DNA of 46,869 bases from Phocaeicola sp. (GTDB lineage Bacteria > Bacteroidota > Bacteroidia > Bacteroidales > Bacteroidaceae): NCBI RefSeq assembly GCF_048170425.1, contig NZ_DBEXBB010000129.1:1-46869 (forward strand), written 5' to 3'. The number at the start of each line of letters is the position of its first letter. Position 1 is the stretch's first letter. The notes below the pieces were generated by a model that saw nothing but the letters and a program-made list of their open reading frames with translations, was not told the origin of the DNA and searched no databases. Positions 28,677 to 36,513 of the stretch are shown piece by piece. A program made the position numbers and the translations under genes.

Positions 28677-29366
28677 TTATTTCTTTTGTCCGTAATAAGC
28701 ATTAGGACCATGTTTGCGGCTAAAGTGTTTTTCTACGAGCAGCGGATTCATGGTCAGGTGCGGGTTGACAGCGTATGCAATGCTGGCCATCTTGGCAACC
28801 TGTTCCATTACCACGGCGTTGTGCACTGCATCGTGTGCATCCTTACCCCATGAAAATGGTCCGTGGTTTTTGACGAGAACTCCAGGAGTGTGTACCGGAT
28901 TCATGCCTTCAAAACGTTTTACGATTACGTTTCCAGTTTCCATTTCATAGGCACCCTTCACTTCTTCTTCAGTCATGTCGGCTGTGCAAGGAATTGCTTC
29001 GTGGAAATAGTCGGCATGCGTGGTTCCGATATTCGGAATGTCACATCCGGCTTGAGCCCATGCAGTAGCGTAGGTAGAATGAGTGTGTACAACGCCTCCG
29101 ATTTCAGGAAAAGCCTTGTAGAGTACAAGGTGAGTCGGTGTGTCGCTTGAAGGACGCAGGTTCCCTTCCACTACGTTTCCTTCCAGGTCTACTACGACCA
29201 TGTCTTCTGCTTTCATTTCGTCGTAAGATACTCCGCTGGGTTTGATAACCACCAGTCCGCTTTCACGGTCGATGGCCGATACGTTTCCCCACGTGAAAAT
29301 AACCAATCCGTGTTTCACCAAATCCAGGTTGGCATGAAACACTTTTTCTTTCAGTGCTTCTAACAT
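28677..29366 (-). CDS. araD: L-ribulose-5-phosphate 4-epimerase
   Basis: [36 protein letters not shown]; start set at MLEALKE. Confidence 0.96.
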   Translation of the reverse strand: MLEALKEKVFHANLDLVKHGLVIFTWGNVSAIDRESGLVVIKPSGVSYDEMKAEDMVVVDLEGNVVEGNLRPSSDTPTHLVLYKAFPEIGGVVHTHSTYATAWAQAGCDIPNIGTTHADYFHEAIPCTADMTEEEVKGAYEMETGNVIVKRFEGMNPVHTPGVLVKNHGPFSWGKDAHDAVHNAVVMEQVAKMASIAYAVNPHLTMNPLLVEKHFSRKHGPNAYYGQKK

Positions 29367-29370
29367 ATTT

Positions 29371-30048
29371 CTAAAGTTTGAATTTCGGATCTTTCTGATA
29401 AGCCTTGTCGTTGAATTTGTAGAGAGAGGCTCCTCTTCGTGATCCTGTTTTATCAATTTTATCCGTTTTTTCTATAAATCCCATTTCTGCAATGCGTTTG
29501 CGGAAATTTCGTTTGTCCATCGGTTCACCGTAAATCGCTTCGTACAGGCTTTGGAGCTGTGTCAGAGTGAACAGCTCTGGCAGAAGGTTGAAGCCGATAG
29601 GTGCCCTTGAGGCTTTTTGTTTCATGATAGCACGAGCTTTCTCAACCATTTCATTGTGGTCAAAAATCAGATTGGGCAGTTCATTGATATTTACCCAATA
29701 TGCATTGTGCTGCTGTACTAGCTCACGGTCATATTCATTGATGTTGACTAAGGCATAATAAGCCAGTGAAATAACTCGTTCGCCCGGGTCGCGGTCTACT
29801 GCGCCGAATGCACCAATCTGGTCCATGTACACATTTTCCAGTCCGGTCAATTCGCTTAATACACGCTTGGCAGCTTCATCGGCACTTTCGTTTTCCTGAA
29901 TGAAGCCTCCCATCAGCGACCATTGTCCCATTGCGGGTTCGAAATTTCTTTTGAGCAGCAATAAATTCAGTTCGCCTTTGTCGAATCCGAAGATAATGCA
30001 GTCGATTCCGACATAAAATTTAGGATTATTATTATAGTATGTGGTCAT
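29371..30048 (-). CDS. araR: NrtR-family (Nudix + wHTH) arabinose regulator
   Basis: WSLMGGF..ES.DEAA.RVL.ELTG Nudix-like box, RDPGERV, FTLTQLQ..YE...DKRNFRK wHTH; embedded in the ara operon. Confidence 0.85.
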   Translation of the reverse strand: MTTYYNNNPKFYVGIDCIIFGFDKGELNLLLLKRNFEPAMGQWSLMGGFIQENESADEAAKRVLSELTGLENVYMDQIGAFGAVDRDPGERVISLAYYALVNINEYDRELVQQHNAYWVNINELPNLIFDHNEMVEKARAIMKQKASRAPIGFNLLPELFTLTQLQSLYEAIYGEPMDKRNFRKRIAEMGFIEKTDKIDKTGSRRGASLYKFNDKAYQKDPKFKL

Positions 30049-30077
30049 GAAGTTCGTGACTTTTGGTTCTTTACAAC

Positions 30078-30104
30078 TTGGTTTCTTTGGTTTCTTTGGT
30101 TTCT
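30078..30104. repeat. 9-bp tandem repeat (TTGGTTTCT)x3 in the araM-araR spacer
   Basis: Three exact copies at 30078, 30087, 30096. Confidence 0.8.
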
Positions 30105-30105
30105 G

Positions 30106-31263
30106 TTATTTTTCTACTGTAAATTTAAAAATACAGTGGCTTTGGTAGGTTTGTCCTGGAGTCAGTATAACAGAAGGCCATTGTGGTTTGTTAGGGCTGT
30201 CAGGATAGTGTTGGGTTTCCAGACACACGGAGGCACGTTGTGGGTAAGTGATACCTTTCTTTCCTTTCACCGTACCGTCCAGGAAGTTTCCTGTATAGAC
30301 CTGTATACCAGGTTCGTCTGTGTAAACTTCCAGGCCGATGCCTGTAGTCGGGCTTGTCAGTTTGGCAGCCACCTGATTGATCTCACCCTTGGTTTTCAAT
30401 ACCCAGTTATGGTCAAATCCGTTACCGAATTTCACTTGTTCGTTAGAGAAATCTGTCACTCCTTCGCTGATGGCCTTCGGTGTGTTGAAGTCGAACGGAG
30501 TATCTTTTACTGCCATCATTTCACCTGTTGTCATGAAGGTGCTGTCTACCGGAGTGATGCTGTCGGAAGCTACATAAAGTATATGGTCTGTAGCTGGTGT
30601 AGACGGTTCCCCATTCAAGTTGAAATAAGAATGGTTGGTCATGTTGATGACTGTTGTCTTATCTGTAGTAGCATCATATTTAATGTCAATGGCATTGTCA
30701 GCTGTCAGTGAGTAAGTTACGTTGGCCGTTACATTTCCTGGGAAATTGTTGTCTCCGTCGGGTGATTTCATCGTCAGCACGATGGTGCTGTCATTGGTCT
30801 GGCTGGCTTCGTACACCTGATACTGCCATCCGGTAGGACCGCCGTGCAGACAGTGCCCGAAGTTGTTGGTTGGAAGCTGGATTTCCTGTCCGTCGATAGT
30901 GATTTTTCCCTTATTGATTCGGTTGGCATAACGGCCGATGGAAGCACCGAAGTCGCTGGGAATATTCTGATAGTCTGCAATGCTGTCAAAACCGAGAACT
31001 ACATCCGTCATCTTTCCGTTCTTGTCGGGAACCATGACCGATACGATTCGTCCACCGAAGTTGGTTACACAAACTTCCATACCCTGACTGTTTTTCAAAG
31101 TATAAAGTTTGATAGGTTTGGCATTTTCAGCTGAAACTTCAAAATTAGCAGGGTTCAAGCCTGATAATGTCAGTTCCGGTTGCTGGGCTTGCTTGGAAGC
31201 ACAACCGCTTAATACAGCAAGGATGATACTTGCCCCTAAAAAAGATTTGTTCATGCTTTTCAT
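30106..31263 (-). CDS. araM: Aldose 1-epimerase (mutarotase) with lipoprotein signal
   Basis: GRYANRI, LHGG, NMTNHSYFNL, GFDHN, CLETQHYPD; lipobox LSGC. Confidence 0.9.
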   Translation of the reverse strand: MKSMNKSFLGASIILAVLSGCASKQAQQPELTLSGLNPANFEVSAENAKPIKLYTLKNSQGMEVCVTNFGGRIVSVMVPDKNGKMTDVVLGFDSIADYQNIPSDFGASIGRYANRINKGKITIDGQEIQLPTNNFGHCLHGGPTGWQYQVYEASQTNDSTIVLTMKSPDGDNNFPGNVTANVTYSLTADNAIDIKYDATTDKTTVINMTNHSYFNLNGEPSTPATDHILYVASDSITPVDSTFMTTGEMMAVKDTPFDFNTPKAISEGVTDFSNEQVKFGNGFDHNWVLKTKGEINQVAAKLTSPTTGIGLEVYTDEPGIQVYTGNFLDGTVKGKKGITYPQRASVCLETQHYPDSPNKPQWPSVILTPGQTYQSHCIFKFTVEK

Positions 31264-31290
31264 ATGAAATTATTGATGTTTTTATCTATG

Positions 31291-31305
31291 GTGTAAAAGT
31301 AACAC
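31291..31305. promoter_or_regulatory. Candidate AraR operator upstream of araM
   Basis: GTGT-AAAAGTA-ACAC palindrome overlapping a TACTTTTA -7-like element on the minus strand. Confidence 0.7.
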
Positions 31306-31384
31306 TTAAAGCGATTGCTTGTTCATTTTTTCAGATGTTTTTCAACATAGAATGAGTGTTTTCAGCAGTTTTTATAAAAAAAGC

Positions 31385-31417
31385 AAGAGGATATGCAGCT
31401 TTTTTACATATCCTCTT
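31385..31417 (-). terminator. Terminator after the symporter gene
   Basis: AAGAGGATATG/CATATCCTCTT 11-bp stem followed by GCTTTTTTT on the minus strand. Confidence 0.75.
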
Positions 31418-31441
31418 CATTTATAAGTTAGTTTTTATGGA

Positions 31442-33187
31442 TTACCAGAAGTATGCATAGAACAATGCGCAGAGAACTACAACGCCCAATGTGGCAATTA
31501 CATCCCACATATTCCAGCTTTCGCGAATGGCTTTTTTGTAGTCGCCAGTGAAGGTGATAGCAGCGATTTGTTCAGATGTCGGTTTGGCAGTAAACATGGA
31601 TATTACGTACATCATGATAACGATGAATACGAGCAGCCATACTTCGAAGATAAGCCAGTTGGTTTGCCAGAACCAAGAAGTGTATTCCCAGAATGCTCCA
31701 TCCATGACTGCTTTACCAGAGTCTGTGAGCACGTTGGTCAACAAGCGCAACATACCGATAAGGAATCCTCCGATAAGGCCCCATTCTCCGGCTTTCGGTG
31801 TGATACGTTTAGAGAAGATACCCAGTGTAAATACGGCTACCATGGCAGGAGCAATCAAAGATTGAATATCTTGAAGATAAGAATACAAGTTACCCATGTT
31901 CATCATGATAGGCATCCATGCCAATCCCAATAGAACGACAACGACAGTAGCTATACGGCCTACCATTACGTAGTGGCTTTCGCTCATGCCTTTTTTCATA
32001 GGCTTGTAGAAGTCTTCTGTAAACAATGTCGCACAGCTGTTGAAGAATGCGGCCAGGGAAGCTACGAGAGCGCAGATGAAACCGATGGTTACGATACCTT
32101 TCACACCTGCAGGCAGGATGTTCTTTACCATCATGGCGAAGGCACCGTCTGTGTCATGCGTGTTGGTGATGTCCATGATGATGTTGCTGCCGGCTTTTTG
32201 TGAAAGCGCGAAAGCCACCATGCCCGGAATCAGGAACATGAAGACAGGCAACAGTTTGAAGTAGCCTGCTGCGATTGTACCGCGGCGTGCACGTGCCATA
32301 ACTTTTCGATTATCTTCTCCTTTGGTTTGTCCGAGCACACGCTGTACGATATGCTGGTCAGTACACCAGTACCAGAAACCGATGATGGATGCTCCGAGGA
32401 ATACTACATAGCCGGGGAATTGCGGATACATGGGGTCGGCAGGGTCAGTATGGAACATGTGTGTGGTTCCGAAACCGTCATGTGCAGCGTTACAAGCGGC
32501 CATCATTTGTGACCATCCTTCAGAGATGCTGCCATCGCCGAGCATATTCAAGCCGAGGAATAAGACAAGGAATGAGCCGATGATAAGTATCGGAGTCTGG
32601 ATAGCAGAAAGCGTCATCACTCCTTTCATACCGCCGAAAACGGTGAAGATGGCCGTGATGAAGATAAGACCGAGTGCTCCCCACCAAAATGGGAGGCCGA
32701 GTAGGTATTCAAAGAAGATACCTCCGGTGAATGCCGTTACAGATACTTTCGTCAGCACATAGGCAATCAGTGTAATGATAGACAGCCAAGAGCCGGTACG
32801 TTGTGTGTAGCGGAATTTCAGGAAGTCGGGCATCGTGATAATCTTGCCCATTTTGTTGTTTAATAGTTGGTAAAATGGAACGAACAACCATCCCAGAATA
32901 AGAATCATCCAGCCTTGCATTTCCCAGTGAGCCATGCCCACGCCGTCTTTTGCGCCTGTACCGGCCAGTCCTACAAGATGTTCAGAACCGATGTTCGCTG
33001 CAAAGATGGCAGCACCGATAATGTACCATGGTTCTCCTTTTCCGAAAAGGTAGTCCTGACTATCGGCACCTTTCATTTTTTCCTGATCTTTTTTTATTGC
33101 ACGGTAAACAGCCCATACAATAGCCATGACTCCGACGGCGAGAACTGACCAGTCGAGCCAAATAAATTCAGTTGAATTCCAATTCAT
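31442..33187 (-). CDS. araP: Sodium:solute symporter family arabinose permease
   Basis: AANIGSEHLVGLAG, TMPDFL..RY, WYWCTDQHIVQRVL SSS motifs; many TM helices; ara context. Confidence 0.85.
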   Translation of the reverse strand: MNWNSTEFIWLDWSVLAVGVMAIVWAVYRAIKKDQEKMKGADSQDYLFGKGEPWYIIGAAIFAANIGSEHLVGLAGTGAKDGVGMAHWEMQGWMILILGWLFVPFYQLLNNKMGKIITMPDFLKFRYTQRTGSWLSIITLIAYVLTKVSVTAFTGGIFFEYLLGLPFWWGALGLIFITAIFTVFGGMKGVMTLSAIQTPILIIGSFLVLFLGLNMLGDGSISEGWSQMMAACNAAHDGFGTTHMFHTDPADPMYPQFPGYVVFLGASIIGFWYWCTDQHIVQRVLGQTKGEDNRKVMARARRGTIAAGYFKLLPVFMFLIPGMVAFALSQKAGSNIIMDITNTHDTDGAFAMMVKNILPAGVKGIVTIGFICALVASLAAFFNSCATLFTEDFYKPMKKGMSESHYVMVGRIATVVVVLLGLAWMPIMMNMGNLYSYLQDIQSLIAPAMVAVFTLGIFSKRITPKAGEWGLIGGFLIGMLRLLTNVLTDSGKAVMDGAFWEYTSWFWQTNWLIFEVWLLVFIVIMMYVISMFTAKPTSEQIAAITFTGDYKKAIRESWNMWDVIATLGVVVLCALFYAYFW

Positions 33188-33262
33188 AATAGTATTATTT
33201 TAATTATTTGTGTATTGATTTCATGGTTATCAAAACTGGTTTTGCTTCGTTTGTTTTTCAAG

Positions 33263-33317
33263 GTGTATTAGTAACACTAATTCAACTGCAATATTACGGA
33301 TAAGTGTAAAATTACAC
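33263..33317. promoter_or_regulatory. Two candidate AraR operators flanking the araP promoter
   Basis: GTGT-N7-ACAC at 33263-33277 and GTGT-N6-ACAC at 33304-33317, with TAATATTG (-7-like, minus strand, 33289-33296) between them. Confidence 0.65.
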
Positions 33318-33479
33318 TAATAAAAGTCCATGTTTTAGAGCATGTTTCCTCCTTTTTTTTCGTCTTCCTCTGTTTTTAACATTTCAGCCGGCAATGAAAA
33401 TAAAAAACTTCTGTAGACTTTTGAGTATTTTTACGTGTCCGTTCGTATAATTTTATGTGAAAATAAAAATTGAGAAGAT

Positions 33480-36215
33480 ATGAAAAAACTGATTTTTTTG
33501 CTGTGTCTGTTTATGGTTCTGGGGGGGATACATGCACAAACCGGGCGGCTAGACTTGAAACTTCCGCAGGGACATCCCCGCTATCTGACCACACAGGAGG
33601 GGAAGGAAGAGACTCTGGAACTGATTAAAAAGGCTCCTTGGGCAAAAGACGTGTATGAGCGGCTCCGGCAACGGACAGATGAATATGTAGACCTGGGAAC
33701 GGACTGGCTTTCTTCCCGTTTGCTGATGTACTGGAACACACATGCTACTGAGGTCTATATAAAAGGTGAATACTATGATTATGCCGGAGGTGAGAAGGCA
33801 CCGGCTCCAACAGTGGTGTTTGCCGGAGCACGTAGCCATGCCACCAATTACCGACGTCCGAGGCTGGAAGAACTGAAACCTTATCAGGAGGATGCCAGAG
33901 GAATGTACCTGGCCAACAGTACCCTGGAGGGTAACCCTTACGAGTGGGTGAGCCTCAGTAAGACGGGCAGGATGATTGAGAGCATCAATAATGAAATTGT
34001 GGGCATAGCCCGTGATGCGGCTTTCCTCTGGTGGCTGACCGGAGAGTCGAAATATGCCACGGCCGCAGCTTCCGTATTCGATGTGTACATGACTGGTCTG
34101 TACTATCGTAATGTACCTGTCGACTTGAATTACGGTCACCAGCAGACGCTGGTAGGAATGACTTCCTTTGAGGTGATTCATGAAGATGTCATTAATTCGT
34201 TGGTGCCGCTTTATGATTTTCTTTATGCATATCTGCTGAAGGAGAAGCCTGAAAAGATGACCATCTATGCCGACGCTTTCAAGAAATGTGCCGACAACAT
34301 TATTGCCAACGGGGTACCTCACAACAACTGGAACTTGTTGCAGGCGCATTTTATCATGAATATTGCTTTGATTCTGGAAGATGATGCAAAGTATGCTGAC
34401 GGTAAAGGACGCCAATATTATATTGATTACCTGGTGAACCAGTCCTCTATCCGCCAATGGTCATTGAAGAAACTGGCCGATTATGGTTTTGATTCCGTGA
34501 CCGGTATTTGGGCGGAATGTCCCGGTTACAGTAGTGTGGTGGTGGGCGATTATGCCAGTTTTGTCAGCTTGTTCGATGAGAATCTGGGTATGGATTTGAC
34601 CAGGGAGATTCCGGTACTTCCAAAGGCTGTGGAAAGCATGCCTCAGTATCTTTTCCCTAACCGTATGGTTTGCGGATTTGGTGATACACACCCCTCCGCG
34701 CTTCGTACGGATATATTCCGTTATATGATTCAGAATGCCCGCAAGCATGGAAAACCTGAAGAAGAGCATAAGTTTACGGCCATGTTGAAGCTGTTCGATT
34801 CTTCTGCTTCCCTTCCGGTGGCAGAAAGAGGGAAGGCTCCGGTGGCCATCACTTCCTTTTTTGCCGGAAAGCCGCTCGTGTTGGATGAAAAAGTGGAAGC
34901 AGGCAAGATTGATGATTACGTTACTCCGACTTTCTATGCCCCTAATGTCAGTTGGCTGGTACAACGCAACGGAATGAATCGCCGTCACAGCCTGATGCTG
35001 TCTCTCAACGGGAGTGAAGGAAACCACATGCACGCCAACGGCATCAGTATGGAGCTTTATGGGAAAGGCTACGTGCTCGGTCCTGATGCCGGAATTGGAA
35101 AGACCCTTTATCAAGGATTGGATTACTTGGAATATTACAGCCAGTTTCCTTCACATAACACGGTTTGTGTGGATGGCATTTCTTCTTATCCCGTCATGAA
35201 AAGTAATCATTCTTTTAAGTTACGGGCTATATACCCTTCTGCCGGTAAGAAACTCCCTTATCAGCCGCTTTCTTATAGTGAAGTGTATTTCCGTGAGCCA
35301 GAGAGCTATGCGGATCAAACCCGGTTGACCGGAATTGTTAACGTCAGTGATTCTACAGGTTATTATGTAGATATTTTCCGGAGCCGGAAAGTGGAGGGAG
35401 GCGACAAGATGCATGATTATTTCTATCACAATCTGGGGCAGCACATGACGCTGACAGCGGCCGACGGCAGCGAACTCGGACTTCAGCCTACTCAGGAGCT
35501 GGCATTTGCCGGAGCTCATCTGTATGCCTATTCTTACATATATAATAAGAAGCGGGCGGTCACAAGCAAAGACGTGAAAGCCGGATTTACCATCCGGATG
35601 CCCGACAGGGACGATATTACGATGAACCTCTGGATGAAGGGAGAGGAGGGACGCGAAGTCTTTTCGGCCTTGAGCCCCATGACGGAAGGGCTGAGCCGCA
35701 TTAAGGACATGCCTTACTCCATCAAGGACCAGCCTACGCTGACTTTTGTGACACGCCAGAAAGGAGAGGCATGGAACCGTCCTTTTGTGGCAGTGTATGA
35801 ACCTTCTACCGTAAAAGAGCCTTCCTGCATTGTGTCGGTAGACTATCCGCAGGTGAAGAGCGAACAGCAGGGTAGTCATGTGGGTATACGTGTGGCACAG
35901 ACCAATGGAAATACCGACTGGATTCTGTCGTCGGATGAGAGCACACACTACTGCAAATTGGAAAATTTGCAGGCTTGTGCAGGATATGCGCTGTGCCGTC
36001 AGTCGGAAAAGGGAGAGCCCCTTCAGGCCTTTCTGGGTAACGGTACACAGCTGGAAACGGATGGAGTGAGCATCCGGACAGATGCATCTGCTGATGTATT
36101 GCTGCTGAAGCAGGATGGAAAGTGGATGTACACGGCTACAGCTCCTTGTCGGGTAGTTGTAGGAAAGAAAAAATATACACTCTCGGCTACTAATGTGTTG
36201 ACAGTCTTGAAGTGA
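33480..36215 (+). CDS. Secreted heparinase II/III-like polysaccharide lyase-fold protein
   Basis: Signal peptide; HNNW, W.ECPGYS, FGDT, NHMHANGISMELYGKG, SHNTVCVDG motifs typical of alpha/alpha-toroid plus beta-sandwich lyases. Confidence 0.75.
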   Translation: MKKLIFLLCLFMVLGGIHAQTGRLDLKLPQGHPRYLTTQEGKEETLELIKKAPWAKDVYERLRQRTDEYVDLGTDWLSSRLLMYWNTHATEVYIKGEYYDYAGGEKAPAPTVVFAGARSHATNYRRPRLEELKPYQEDARGMYLANSTLEGNPYEWVSLSKTGRMIESINNEIVGIARDAAFLWWLTGESKYATAAASVFDVYMTGLYYRNVPVDLNYGHQQTLVGMTSFEVIHEDVINSLVPLYDFLYAYLLKEKPEKMTIYADAFKKCADNIIANGVPHNNWNLLQAHFIMNIALILEDDAKYADGKGRQYYIDYLVNQSSIRQWSLKKLADYGFDSVTGIWAECPGYSSVVVGDYASFVSLFDENLGMDLTREIPVLPKAVESMPQYLFPNRMVCGFGDTHPSALRTDIFRYMIQNARKHGKPEEEHKFTAMLKLFDSSASLPVAERGKAPVAITSFFAGKPLVLDEKVEAGKIDDYVTPTFYAPNVSWLVQRNGMNRRHSLMLSLNGSEGNHMHANGISMELYGKGYVLGPDAGIGKTLYQGLDYLEYYSQFPSHNTVCVDGISSYPVMKSNHSFKLRAIYPSAGKKLPYQPLSYSEVYFREPESYADQTRLTGIVNVSDSTGYYVDIFRSRKVEGGDKMHDYFYHNLGQHMTLTAADGSELGLQPTQELAFAGAHLYAYSYIYNKKRAVTSKDVKAGFTIRMPDRDDITMNLWMKGEEGREVFSALSPMTEGLSRIKDMPYSIKDQPTLTFVTRQKGEAWNRPFVAVYEPSTVKEPSCIVSVDYPQVKSEQQGSHVGIRVAQTNGNTDWILSSDESTHYCKLENLQACAGYALCRQSEKGEPLQAFLGNGTQLETDGVSIRTDASADVLLLKQDGKWMYTATAPCRVVVGKKKYTLSATNVLTVLK

Positions 36216-36264
36216 ATTGATAGACACTTAAGAGATAAGCAAGGAACTGCTTGTAGTTTGACAT

Positions 36265-36348
36265 GTTCCCCGAAGCAGAAACATGGGTTTCCTTTACGGG
36301 AAACCTGTGTTTTCGCCTCGGGAAACGTTTGGCTTGCGCGGGGAAAAC
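36265..36348. repeat. Degenerate 22-bp-period palindromic array (GAAAC-N4-GTTTC-N8)
   Basis: GAAAC/AAAAC at 36278, 36300, 36322, 36344; GTTYY halves at 36265, 36287, 36309. Confidence 0.65.
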
Positions 36349-36478
36349 CTAAAATGTGCAGGCCGGTGTCCTTTTCTATGTGGTTGCGCTTTTGCATTCT
36401 TATGCCTTGCCGGTATCGACGGCAGGGTTGTAATCATGTTTTTTATACCGACTTGATAAAATATAGGCGGATTCTATG

Positions 36479-36486
36479 TATTTTTG
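36479..36486 (+). promoter_or_regulatory. -7 promoter element TATTTTTG
   Basis: TAnnTTTG match 27 nt before ATG 36514. Confidence 0.55.
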
Positions 36487-36513
36487 CTTATGAAACCTAT
36501 GGCTGTTTTGTAA

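Noticed and set aside
30078..30104. Phase-variable repeat controlling araR
   Set aside because: Only three 9-bp copies in an intergenic spacer, outside any ORF or recognisable promoter; no evident switch effect.
33549..36227. Long antisense ORFs (302, 217, 335 aa) opposite the lyase
   Set aside because: They lie wholly opposite the sense gene, as expected from codon bias, with no domain signatures.
36490..36513. In-frame mini uORF MKPMAVL* abutting the sensor ATG
   Set aside because: The first ATG lies at or before the expected TSS, and such a short ORF is expected by chance.
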